This document shows positions 28,401-40,702 of a stretch of 64,000 bases of DNA, one piece after another (the stretch's first letter is position 1; every line of letters begins with the position of its first letter). The stretch spans positions 12,957,133-13,021,132 of the forward strand of contig OZ037771.1 of the NCBI GenBank assembly GCA_964035545.1, read 5' to 3'. The position numbers and the translations under genes are program-made. The stretch is from Bugula neritina. Taxonomy: Eukaryota > Animalia > Bryozoa. Below the pieces are notes generated by a model. That model worked only from the letters and a program-made list of their open reading frames with translations. It was not told the DNA's origin and did not search any database.

Positions 28401-29428
28401 GGGGAGATAATTCTGAACTTGTAGGCGATAGTGTTGAGTATTGAGGAGATAACCCTGAGTGTTCAAACTGGTGAGGTATATCGGTAGTTGGTGAGTATTG
28501 TGAAGGCACATCAGGAGAAGAGAACTCCATTGTATTTAGACAAAGTTCATTCGTCGATTGCTCTGAATCATCACGAAGATCTAAGACTTGATGAGTCAAC
28601 TGAACAACTTTATTAGCTAGGAGTTGTCTACTCTCCTTAGTGTCTGCTATTACGGCCTTTGAGGCATGGAAAGGTAACGCAAACCGTATTCCTGCAGAAT
28701 CATTGGAGCTTGAAGCTAACAGTGAGTGCTTTTTTCTCACCCTTGACACCTGTTAATAATACAAAAAAGTAAAAAAAACTTTTTTTCATTTAAAAAGTGG
28801 CAACAACAACAGCTGCTTATAATGTATAAATGGAATTGTTTAATTGTTTAAATAACCAGTTTTTTGCTGTGAAATCTAAAGTTCACTATAATAATTAAGT
28901 TTTATATATTAATATAATTAATATAATAATAAGTTTGATAAGTTTTTAAAGAAGTATAAAATGCATGCATACAGCTGAATCATAAAGTTGAACCACTTAG
29001 GCGTTCAGATTCCATACCTGCTGTCTGCTGGAGCTCAACTCCTGGGAGACGGCAGCAGAAGATTCTGTGAGCTCGTCAGCCGATGAAGTCTCATCAGGCC
29101 AGTAAACGGCGCTCCTTTTCGCTCTTACAAGGTCAGCAGTGGGGGAAGCATCAGTTAAACCGTCCAGTAGAGTGGCTGGCCTGGTAAATGACTCGGTACT
29201 ACGACTACTGGAAAACTGATGGCTTTGAGAAATGGTAGTCGACTTTTTTATGCTTTTAAACCAATCAGTTTGTGATATTGCAGCTTGTTTTGTTGCGTGC
29301 GTTACTATGGGTACAGCCTGTACCAAAATATCTTCATCTGATACAGTAGGAGTTGCCTGCTCAATGCTGTATAAAGAGTTATCTTCTCCATCTGATGAAT
29401 GCAAACCACCACAATACATACTCTTCAT
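13402..29428 (-). CDS. Long N-terminal isoform (~672 aa, Ser/Thr/Pro-rich, probably disordered) of an unidentified gene; the shared 3' exons lie left of the window (partial)
   Basis: Seven GT-AG exons join in frame with matching phases: 29428-29018 (MKSMYCGG..SRQQ), 28749-28004 (VSRVRKK..ADLD), 26478-26277 (KETVSAE..RPRTLDI..FSPAV), 25565-25402, 24974-24768, 18267-18015 (ISAEGSQ..RLKNYK), 13435-13402 (NGLQLKKKQDL, ends phase 1). Total 2017 nt. No recognisable domain. Confidence 0.8.
14174..14249 (-). mobile_element. 3' fragment of the same SINE family
   Basis: ACTCACGAAGTTTTATAGCCACTATCCCTGTGAGAACCCCTGATGGA aligns with ~41906-41953. Confidence 0.7.
15634..15810 (-). CDS. Candidate alternative first coding exon (MDKLDNHMPLD..VVSNSK, ends phase 0), compatible with exon 13435-13402
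   Basis: 59 codons inside ORF 15589..15885; donor AAG|GTGAGA. Confidence 0.5.
16771..17012. repeat. Dispersed repeat family A, copy 1
   Basis: ~240-bp similarity to 33562-33806 (GTGATGAAAGTCAGCTATAATTACT..TCTGTAGATGATAG). Confidence 0.75.
22270..23093. repeat. 24-bp minisatellite with higher-order structure
   Basis: CACAATGAGTGTTATATAGTATGT, about 34 copies. Confidence 0.95.
25015..25330. repeat. AT-rich low-complexity tract
   Basis: Degenerate ATATT/TATAA. Confidence 0.8.
25784..26282 (-). repeat. 31-bp minisatellite built on the splice donor of exon 26478-26277
   Basis: About 16 units of ACTACTGTAGAGGTCAAATGTATATACTC; the minus strand reads CAGTA|GTGAGTAT. Confidence 0.95.
26903..27128. 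mobile_element. MITE, Tc1/mariner-pogo type
   Basis: 22-bp terminal inverted repeats CAGTGCTTCCTCCATATCTCAC / GTGAGATATAGAGGGAGCACTG (2 mismatches), flanked by TA on both sides. Confidence 0.8.
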
Positions 29429-30097
29429 AGATATAGCGTGTGACTCATGAAGGGGCAGGAAATGTTTCCATGACTACCTGTACACAAGAGAAAAGCACAT
29501 TGTTGTATTACAGTAGTAATTACCACTTATTCTATGGATGGTTTTGGTGGTGTGTCTCTGTAGGCTTGAATATCAAGGAAGTCATGCTATATTTGTTTGC
29601 AAAAGCACTTCTGACATAAAAAATTCGCTTTCATCAACATTCCCTGTTCAACAGCAGAGAATCAATTTGTAATGCACCATGAACTGGGAAGGAGAAAGCC
29701 CCCCCCCCTTCCTCTCTTAGATGCACACTTCCAAACATTCTACTAGTATAAGTAGTACTTCACTAATGTGTCTAGGAATATTCTTTTATAATATACAATT
29801 ATAAGACATTAAAAAGAAAAGTTGGTTTGCCAGTTAGTAATTATGCTGAGATTTTAAACTGTAATCTGCAAAATGTAAACAAAATTGAATTTCAAATACT
29901 GTAATATTTGTGTCATAAATTTTCTATATTTTCAGATCATCCTAAATTCTGAGCAAGCGGAAAGCCTTGTTGCCAATTTGCTTAGGTTACTTGATCAGGA
30001 ATACTTAATAGTAGAAATATCAATATCTGGCATTGATTAACTTGAAGTGGTTGAAGTTCATATTTACTAATTAAATTCTGATTTCCTGTTCAGACAC

Positions 30098-30236
30098 TAT
30101 TGGTGATGTTAGGAATGGCATTCAGTCATGATTGTTCCTACACAACAGTAGAAACAAGTCCTTAATCCACTTAAAATACTCTTTTCATCAGATCGGTTCT
30201 CACAGGGATAGTGACTATAAAAAACATTCGCAAGTT
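30098..30236 (+). mobile_element. Degenerate copy of the same SINE family (opposite orientation)
   Basis: TATTGGTGATGTTAGGAATGGCATTCAGTCAT and CAGGGATAGTGACTATAAA match the reverse complement of the 41902 element. Confidence 0.65.
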
Positions 30237-30401
30237 TATTCCTATTGGGACAGAAGAGTGATTTAAAGTCATCATTTATTATTGATTAGTTCAATGACTG
30301 AACCTTTGAACTATTACAACATTATTACTATTTTTATCTGGTAATAATAATTGCACCAAACAATACCATTTATAAAGGAGCAGTAGTAGAGAAATTGAGA
30401 T

Positions 30402-30509
30402 AGCCTAAGTTCTTTAAATTTCTTTATAACTTTTGGTTTGGAGTGCAGGTTGAAATTCTTGCTAGAACATAACTTTTTTTGCTACATTTTTAATCTAGAA
30501 CACAGGCTG
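30402..30509 (-). repeat. Dispersed repeat family B, inverted copy
   Basis: Reverse complement reads CAGCCTGTGTTCTAGATTAAAAATGTAGC..CTCCAAACCAAAAG..TTAAAGAACTTAGG. Confidence 0.7.
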
Positions 30510-31314
30510 CACCAACCTTGATGATACTATGAGGGTGTATTTACTAAGACCTAATACTCTTATGTGGGAACAAAATAACAAGCCCATGAAAAGCTTGCTT
30601 TTTGTTGTTGTCTCCCCTGTAATCTTTAATATAACATGTGTTTCTGTTTCTTTAGTAATTAACTTTCACTTAGAATAATATAGTGGAGATAAAGAGACAT
30701 TTTTTATGTTTCTTTTTACCCTTGAGTTTAGACTAATAACTATTTTATCCAGTATCCAGTATATATATTAGAAAGTAAGAGTAGCACTGAATGTAGGTTT
30801 TAAAAATAAACGGAAAAAATTGAATCACCATGTTTGATAACTTGAGCTTTGCATTAAAAGTGATTTCATCATTTCAATACTAATTTTAGCAAATGAAAGA
30901 TTATTAAACAATCTCAACAATCACAAGGGATATTACTAACAGCTGTTGTTAAATCGAAAACCTAAATAGACTTTGCTTGTTTACACTCCTATCCAAATAC
31001 CACATCTGCCAATGACTTTAAAACACAACAGTTAGTAAATGGAATTCAAAACAGTCACACTTTGAAAAACAGATTAAGATTCATTAAATTAATGTTAAAC
31101 TAACACAATTCTTTTCACATCTTGACAATATAGTATCAATTCACTAGACACGTTCATTTATGGAGTACTTTTCTTTTCATAAACACCCCAGGAAAGAAAT
31201 CATAGTTCATTCAAACTTTATTTTAGTAATTTATGTTTATGTTTATGTCTGGTGGAGGAGAGGGGGCTCGAATGATGATACCTGAGGTAAAAGTAAACAG
31301 TCAGAGTAGATGTA

Positions 31315-31530
31315 GTTATAGGTAGCTAGCTGTAGGTATAAGTAGTTAGGTGTAGGTATATAGGTAGCTAGCTGTAGGTACAGGTAGCTAGCTGTAGGTA
31401 TATAGGTAGCTAGGTGTAGGTATAGGTAGCTTATACAAAGTGTACATGTAGGTAGCTAGGATACACATAAGTTATAGTTAGCTAGTAGCTAGTGGTAGGT
31501 ATAGAGGTAGCTAGGTGACAGATGTAGGTA
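31315..31530. repeat. Degenerate GTAGGTATATAGGTAGCTAGCT tandem repeat
   Basis: Recurrent TAGGTA/TAGCTA units. Confidence 0.75.
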
Positions 31531-33561
31531 GCAGGTACCTGAGTTATATGTAATCACTAAATTACCTAGCAAGATACTCATGTGTTTAATTAAGTAAAAT
31601 ATTTTTTTTAATGCAAGGAAAATTGCCGTGTATTTTTTCTTCCCACATCCGAAAATAATACTTGAAATTATGTGACATGGAAAGTGCCTGAAAAGCCAGT
31701 AATTTCAAAAACATTTGTAAAAATATGTCAATGCAATATCATTTGACTGACTACATACTTAAGGCTCTATTATGGAGCACCTCTCTTGAAAGAAGTTATG
31801 TTCTCAAAAGCCAACTTGCTTATTGACATTCAAATTCGGACTCAAATTGGGAGAAGAATATTTAATAAGTAGATACAGTAGCTGGCCAATAGTGATTGAC
31901 TGTAATTGATCATTGATGAATTCTTTCTCTCATTTAAAGATCAATACAGGAGAGGGCAACTAAACTTAATACGAACAATAACAGGACACATTCTTGCACC
32001 CAGGTGCTAATCAAAGACAAACATCATTATCCAAGTGATACAGTTCAACCTGTAATGCTTACAGGTAAAAACAACAAGTGTTACAAATTAGCACCACCTT
32101 TTACTGCGCACTAGGCAGTACATTTGTCATGGCCAAAGTTGAAGATTATTAAAAAGTGAAATTCACTGCATTGTTATAACTACAGCTGTTATTACAGTAA
32201 ATAATAGAATATAATATATGTTGTGTGTTATTGTGCTGTTTTAAAGGAATAACAATATTATATTATATTGAATACATGGTTAGTAGTTACAGCTAGCTCT
32301 AGCGTTGTACATGCATTCAACAATATGAAACTTTATCTTACAAAATCTCACTCATTTGCTTTGTGTTTCGCTTTCTAGCGTTACACTTAGCCAACTAAAT
32401 GTTGAATTAAGAAACATAACACTGTTTGTGCAATTTTCATCAAAATGTAGCAGTGAGTTTACCAGCTAATGATCTGGAACGTGCCACACATGATTTTCAA
32501 AAAGGTTGTAAACGAAATGAGGCAACTATGTCTAATTTCAACAGTTTTTCCGTTGGGTTTTGGGAGTCGGGTGATCGGGAGTTTTAGGAATAGCAGGAAA
32601 TAAGTGTTACAACCGGGAGATTTCCGAAAATAGAACATAGCTAGTCGGGTGAGCTATCATATCTTCCAGTGTTGAATCAACTGTGAAAACTTGAGTTCTA
32701 CAAGGACTCTAATTACAGTTGAGTCAAAATGGGTGAAGAAGTCATGGTCAGTTTTGCAATGCTGATCGTTATTATCTTGTGAAAATACAAGCCGATTACA
32801 TTTTCTCAAAAATTCAAAAAGACGTCTATTTCCTGAGAAAGGCAGCACTATTTTACATATAAACTACCGCTACCAAAGTTTTTCACAAGGGGGGGACAAT
32901 CTAGTTGTTTGACATCACGGCAAAACTATTTCATTATTTACTCTATCAAATATATAAATATGAGTAACTGCACTAGGGTGTTTGATAAGCAATCCTGAAA
33001 AACTAAGATAATTCAAGATTATCTCCACCTGCCATGATTATTGATAAGCCTTATCAAAAGACAGAAAAACAAGAGTTTTTGCCAGATGTTAGGAAATTCT
33101 ACAGTGTTGACTAACAATGGCTTAGACAAGTTGAAAATTAACCAGTGTCACCACAGCTGTTGAATCTAAGGGTTTGAAAAATGTCCTACATTACTGGTGT
33201 GGTTTTGTCATTTTTATGGCATCAGATTCTAGGAAACAAACACAGTGCAAAACACAACTGGGCCCAAGGCATTTCTAATATAAGCAGCTGCAAGGTGAAA
33301 TGCAAATAGTACTTGGTATTTACAACCAGTGATAAGAAAGGTAAACAGGTTTAGGTGCGTTGACCACACTGTAGCCTACAACTAGCTGTATAGCTATTGT
33401 TTAGTACTCAACTTTATCGTAGATCATGACAATTTGACTTGCGATGTTTTCTTTAATAATAGTATTTATTAATCATTAGTTAGTCATAGTGTGCAGGGTA
33501 CCCATCAACAGAGTGAGAACACAACTCTAGCATCTACACCAGCATTCTCAAAGAAGCAACA

Positions 33562-33806
33562 AAACTTTTAAGCCGACTCAGTGATTAGGCTGTGTGTTGC
33601 GGCAGCTAAGAATAACACGTGATGAAAGTCAGCTATAATTACTATTAGTGTTATAATGCTAGTGGAACCCAGGGCCAACTGGAAACTACATCGTTGCAGC
33701 TAAAATTTATTATAAATCAAAATTATTTGAACATAAAACCCTCAAGCAGTCTGTAGATGATAGTTAAGACATATATGAATAATTATTTTAATAGTTTATA
33801 AATGAA
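33562..33806. repeat. Dispersed repeat family A, copy 2
   Basis: Direct-orientation match to 16771-17012. Confidence 0.75.
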
Positions 33807-34634
33807 TTGTGTCCCAAATTATTTCATATTAAACATTACAATCTCTTGAACTGTAGATTTTATTATATTATGTGCCTAGTGCAAGTTAGAAAAAATCATT
33901 TTGGTATAGAACTAGAATTATACTTACGTGATACAATGACTCATTCCAATGATATGTTACACATATTGCATGGCAAAACTCACGTGTTGTATAATTTATA
34001 CAATATTAGATAAACAGGTGTGATAATTTGTAAGCAATCGGCAATATTAACACATCCTCTGGTATAATTGTAACATTACTCATTACTTTTAATACTAAAT
34101 GTTACGGCTAATTTTTCAACTAATTTTTGTTCATCTGGTGGAAATGCTTTTACATAAAATATGTAAGTTATATAGGTTACAGCAGTACTACTATAAGATG
34201 GCTAGAACGTGATGCACAAGATTGGATCTATATATAAGATCAGAGAGAATGCTGTAAATCATGAGACTGCTGAAGTTGTTTGGTCTACATTCTACAAGCA
34301 GGTGTAAGGCAATGCTATTAGTTATTATAATTAATGAGAGTTAATGAATCAGAAAATTTTCTACAAGTTGAATCTCTAAGGCATCTCTGCTTTGTTACTT
34401 CAACAATGAAATGTTAGCATAGAAAGCAGTGAATGAATTCCACTGCAGTGAATGGAGATTAGAGAGTAAGATAAAGACGCATTACTGTGATCATACATCA
34501 TATATACTATTGTCCTACCAAGTACAATGGGAATTGTTGGACTTCATAAGAAATGTGCCTTCCGGTGTCCAAAGAGAATATAAACTTGATGAAGAATTAC
34601 AAAGTAGAAACCCATGAAACATAGCTGTGAACAT

Positions 34635-34711
34635 GTAACGAGTTTGGGGGGCAGGTAACGAGTTTGGGGGGCAGGTAACGAGTTTGGGGGGCAGGTAGCG
34701 AGTTTGGGGGC
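34635..34711. repeat. 20-bp G-rich tandem repeat GTAACGAGTTTGGGGGGCAG
   Basis: About 4 near-identical copies. Confidence 0.85.
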
Positions 34712-35696
34712 AACATATTACTAGAGGAAAACTCATTCTGTCTCCATCCTGTGATACCGCTGTAAATCATTTCCCCAGAATTCTAGTTCGCAAGCCATAG
34801 TTCTAACTATTACTGATTACACTATAGGGGCTACAATGAAATCTCAACACTACAAACACCTGGCAGAGGGTTTTGGAGCTAAGACTAAAAATGGTGTATC
34901 CTGTGACAAAGGAGCAGTTGAAGATCTTCCCAAATTCATAAATGTGACTTTACAGAAATTAAAATTTTTGTCAGTAGTCCTGAATAATGCTGTCAGCTGT
35001 TGTTATTGTTTCTATGTTTTCAGCTTAGGGAATAAAAAGTAGTATGTAATGTAGCTCAGAATAAACTGCTAGAAAATAGCATTGTATTAGCACATGTTAT
35101 GAAACTTCTAAGAGTAGCACTGCATTAGCACATGTTATGAAACTGCTAAGAGTATCGCTGTATTAACACATATGTTATGAAACGCTGACTTTTAACAAAC
35201 TACAATACCAAGGGATAGGAGGTAGTGAAAAGAGAGGCAGCGTTGGGTCAGCATAGCTCTTTGTCACAGAAGTTAGCTAATCATACACACCAATAAGCCT
35301 GGGACATTGGAGTTAATCAGCCGAATGCAATTAGATTGATTAGCATTATTTGCAGCCATGTGATTAGACTGGTTTAGCCCTCCCTATAATTAGATTACAT
35401 GTGAATGAACCCCATTGAGACAGGCAACTCTAGCTACTGTGACATAAGCTTCGGAATTCCATCATTTATTGAAGTCATTTACAGGATGTGAGTGAATCAA
35501 GTTGGAATGCTGTATCCAACTTTACTAATTCACTTTTAGCTGCAGTGGGAGCAAATTTGTTTTGATAGGTTGGTATTTTATAAGCTGGTTGACAATACCT
35601 CTTCCGGAAAACACAAAAGAGTGCTGTTGAAAAGGGCTCGTTCCCAAACTTTTAAAATCAAGCAACTACCAACCTCCTGGAGGCAGGTGCAGTAAC

Positions 35697-35824
35697 GGAG
35701 AAAGTGAGAAAAGCCTGTGTTCTAGATTAGAAATGTAGCAAGGAAGTTGTGTTTTCAAAAGAAGTTCAACCCACACTCCAAACCAAGATTTTTTGAGACA
35801 ATTAAAGAACCTAGGTTATTAAAG
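35697..35824 (+). repeat. Dispersed repeat family B
   Basis: GAGAAAAGCCTGTGTTCTAGATTAGAA..CCAAACCAA..TTAAAGAAC, shared with 37044-37174 and, inverted, with 30402-30509. Confidence 0.75.
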
Positions 35825-37043
35825 TTTTTTACCGTTGCACCTCCTCCCCTCTATCATCGGTTTTTCTCCAAGAAACAATGAACTGAGGTTAAACCTGAGA
35901 CCAATGAGGAATGAGGAAGTGTAACAAGTTGTGTTTATAATGTGTACTCGTCCTAAATAAACTATGTTTACATTCACATTGACACTGTATTTATGCTGTA
36001 GAAATACAGCCAAAGTTGAAACTTGGTGCATATTATATAGATACAGAATGGAGCCAGAAATTACACAACCCTTTAGCCTTAGGAGAAGTAGAAAACATGG
36101 CTGGTGCCAAAATAAAGTGAGACAGTCATGCATCTTGCACTACCAGTTCCAACAATTAGGGCTCTACCTCAACCCCCCTTCAATTAATAATTGGTCTAAA
36201 CATAGATTTAAACTAAGTCAAAAAGGCTTTTAGGATGTGTTGAAGTTGACTTTAGAGTTCAGACTGAGAATGTATAACTTCTACTAAATTAAGAGGATAA
36301 GTAGGCTATGCTTATTGTTTATCAACAAATGCTATGACAAAGTTGCACTGAGCAACTGTTGAAAGTTAGTAATAAATATATATGCAGGGGATGTTATTTC
36401 ATAGGTTCAGGTTTCCAGCTATTTGTCTGGAGTTTAGGTTCCAAGTCTTTACTTAGTCAGAAAACAACTTTCTAAACCTCCTGCAATTATCTGCTCAAAC
36501 CCCAAACCCTCAACATTAGATAATATTTCCAATAGCAGAAGAAAAACAGGCATTTAGCTTTTGCACTTGAGCCTGCATTTGCTTGTCAGAGTCTCAAGTC
36601 AGACTTGAAAAGACTTAAACATTCTGACTGAGCACTAAAAAAGCTGAACAAATACTGTTGGCCATCTGCATATTTGTAAGGTGACATATGCAGTGTTCAG
36701 TACAATATTATGTAATTAAGCATATAATGGAACTTTCTACCCGTACAGCTAGTAGTGGAAACTAAATAATTTATCACTAGTCTGCTATTTACCTACACTT
36801 GAGAACAACAAACTCGCTTCACTACGTAAAACTATATCTAAAGTTACACAATGTATAACATTATAAAAGTTTACAAAACAAACACTAAGCAATAGCAGCG
36901 TCTGTAAGATTTGTTACAGTAGCTTGAATAGATCACTCGACTAGAAGTAATGTGTGAGCCACGCATCTGGCTTGCAGCCTTTGGCTACAAGTTTAGAAGA
37001 TATTTGTGTTATTTTGTCGGGCAAATTAGGTAAGAGCAGTAAA

Positions 37044-37174
37044 GGAGAAATTGAGAAAAGCCTGTGTTCTAGATTAGAACTGTTGCAAAGGAATTTGTGT
37101 TCTCAAAAGATTTCCAATTCACACCCCAAACCAAAATTAATTAGCAACATTAAAGAACTAATTGGTTATTAAAA
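37044..37174 (+). repeat. Dispersed repeat family B
   Basis: Match to 35697-35824. Confidence 0.75.
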
Positions 37175-37732
37175 GTGAAACTTCCAGAATTATCTCCCCT
37201 AACTTCCAGCGCTTTATCGCCAAGTCAACTGTCTCTTATTCAAGGAGTCTTAATGACATTTTAGAAGTTTAAAATCAATAAGAAAAATCCAGAGGCAGTC
37301 TGTCCAACGCCATATCCTACATCATAATGTGATGGATGACTTATAGTATTGATGGGAAAGTTTAGACTGGCATTAATGGGATCTATTGTTAAAACTCTTC
37401 CTACAAGTTTCCAACGAAATGTTTTGCTAATTAGTAGAAAATGCAACTGTAGCATGAGTGGCAGACAGTTGCCCGGACAACAGCTGGTTCCAGAGTAACA
37501 TTCTGCTGAAACTGTTACTCTGTTATACTGGTAAAGTAAAGGAAAGTATGTAGTTGTGTACGTCCTGTTGTACTGTCTTGTTGGTCGTAAATTACTTTTT
37601 ATGACCATATCTATCCAGGTTCCCTAATTTATTGCCTGCTTGAGTATTTGATTACAACTTATTGTCCAAATGCATTAAATATTGTGCAGACTTAGTACAA
37701 AACAGAGTAGCAAAACGTACGGACCCATACGA

Positions 37733-37963
37733 TACATACAAGGTACACACACAAGGTACACATACAATGTACACACACAAGGTACACACACAAGGTACAC
37801 ACACAAGGTACACACACAAGGTACACACACAAGGTATACACACAATGTACACACACAAGGTACACACACAAGGTACACACACAAGGTACACACACAAGGT
37901 ACACACACAAGGTACACATACAAGGTACACACACAAGGTACACATACAAGGTATACACACAAG
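37733..37963. repeat. 13-bp minisatellite CAAGGTACACACA
   Basis: About 17 tandem units; source of several spurious ORFs. Confidence 0.9.
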
Positions 37964-40702
37964 TGCAGAGTTGACTTGTGGCAATGAAAGAGAGGCTATA
38001 AATAACATGACACGAGATACTATAATGGCTCTTGAAAATTCAAAACCTTTTCTACTACTTCCTGTCATCTATTGCTATAATTATATCTATTTTTAGCTCA
38101 TGTATAACAGAGTAATCCCTTAGAAGTACCTTTAATGGCAATTACACCAGACAGAATCCCCTTTACTGCAGCACCATAGTCTAAGTCTACTCTTGAAATG
38201 TGACTCTAATCATTTAGACTGTTATGAAACATGTCTTCTCAAAGAAACAGAGTTTGATTATGCAGTTACATTGATGTGGATGGTAAGAGGACCTTTCCAA
38301 CGAGGTCACTTTATAGGTATTACACACTCAATTCGAAAATGATACTAGTAAAAAGCTCAGAAGTCTCAATTAGCTTATGGTGAGTGTGGGCAAGTTTGAA
38401 AGTGAGCTACTCAAAAAAGTCTATTTCAGTGTAGTTTGTTGAAAGCTTTCAATCATTTCAACTTTTGTTACTAAGTAATTAGCTTTTCATACCTATACCT
38501 TTATAATCTCACGCAGTTTAAAAATGCAGCTTCACATTAGCAAGCTGTTTGCAACCGAAGCAAATCTTAAACTCAACTCACCGCCAACTCTACTAAATAG
38601 TCTGCTATACTACATACTAGTTAGTCCACTAAAATTTTGCCAAAGGCAGAGTTGAAGACTGCAAGGAAATCTCTACTTACTTGTATCTCAAAGTTGTGAT
38701 GATTATAATCCTTATCGACTCAGTAGTAACTCAGGACTGAGTGGTCATCATTATCCTACTAACACCTTATCCGAACACACCTCTCCACTTGAGAACTACT
38801 TTAAACACCTTATCTTCGTTCGTATGGCAATCAGTGTCAGTGGAGTTGAGCCTAGTCAGTAATGTGGCTCGTATTGCTTTTTCAGAGACACATTAAAATT
38901 GTTGTCTTTGCTTACAGTTCACAAATACACAATAATCAATTGTGAAGCAGTATTGAATGAGCCACAATCTACTACGTATACGCAGTCTGCATGCATTCAT
39001 TATGTAGCGCAGATTCAATTAAACCGCATACTGCTTAACCTGATAGCGCTTTGTGATTATCAGTTCACGCAGCGTGATTAATTTTACAATGTACTAATAA
39101 CCATGATTTGAATGCGATGGGACGTTCACAACAAGCCTTAAACAAGAGAGATTTTATGATAATTTAACTTGTCGCCAAACATAGTTGTTTAAATGAAGAT
39201 GAAACTGTTTGAGTCTCACCTGTCAAAGCTTGGTTCCGTTCTCAGAATGAGAAAAAATGTTGCTTATTCTTTGGTGTTAATCAAAGCAAAAAGTATAATC
39301 TATAATCTATAGATTTAACAGCTGATCAGCCTACGCAATAATTCATCAGAACTCGAACTGCTAGAGTTGCGTAATTGAAATAAAATAGTAATTAATATAG
39401 CATAACAGCAATAAAATAGTCATAGACATTGTGAAGATGTAAATTCGCGTTCGAGGTGCCTACGTTTAAATAAAAAGGAACAGATAACTTCGAATTGCTT
39501 TGAAATAAACTTTCAGATATTTTGCTTCATTTTATACAATAAACATATGTGTTTTATATTGCTAGACCTGAATCAGTAGCAAAAGTCATTTATAGCACCT
39601 TTAATTTAACTATAGTGTAAACACAACCTAGTATAGGCCATCCATGTGTTTAAGATACATCATTATAAGCAGCTGGAAAACATACATACCCACTTGTCAT
39701 GAGAAAATTGGACATTTAAATCTTCCATGTGTGATATATAAAGTCTAATATGGATCTAGTTTTACAGTAAAATTATATATACACAGACGAAAACATTCAA
39801 ATCATAATATTTACAGCATGCGCATGTTTACACACAACTTTTGTGATCTAGCTGATGGGAAGCAGCCATAAAAACTGTTATATTTCTCTGCAAATAAATT
39901 CCTCAGTAAATATTTACAAATGCTGTGGTGTGAGAATACAACTTCTTATTGCAACAAGTTAGTCATTACAGTTTCAAAATTTAATATTTTATAAATACCA
40001 ATTTAAATTTGCATTAGAATGTTAATAAAAAATTATATTTAGCTTGCTATTGTTAACTAATTATCATATTATAGTTGAGATTATGACCAGGTTATTTTTT
40101 CGCAGTAGTTGAAGCCCTGTCACAAACTTGTGCAATTATTGCATTAGTTTGCTGTGTTATTTATTGGTGAGCTATGATATAATAATTAAATAACTTTCAT
40201 TCCATAATAAGTCATATATATCATTGCAGAGATTATGTTATTCTGAACAGTATTATATCATGGGTGCAAGTAGTTTTGAAGGTACTAGTCTAATTTGGAT
40301 AAGATAACTCCTAAATCTTGTAAAAAAAATTTCATCTGTATTATTGTAATTTAGTTCAGTAATTTCTTAAAAACATATATTAATATGCATTAAAATTATT
40401 TATTTATGTAAAACACATTGATTTAATTATTTTAGATTACTCAAAAAAAAACTAGATTTCATCGCAATGTCATCTACAGTAGTTTTCCACGGCCGCAATA
40501 CATCCGCTCCCATAATTTTCTGGAGTTCGCCAAGCTACACAACTGTAGTCTGTATAAAGAAATTTAAATTCTGATATTTAATTTTATTAACTTCGCTTCT
40601 GGCAGACGTATTCATGCGTTTAGCAATAAGCTATTACATTACCACAAACATATGGTTATTTAATTTTGAAGTTTTTATTCCTTATTAATAAAAACGTAAT
40701 TC

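Noticed and set aside
22-29428. Assigning a gene name (KChIP, PDE, RGS, ABL and similar) to the minus-strand gene
   Set aside because: No conserved domain lies inside the window; only the exon architecture is suggestive
37652-38096. Overlapping ORFs on both strands
   Set aside because: Produced by the 13-bp minisatellite
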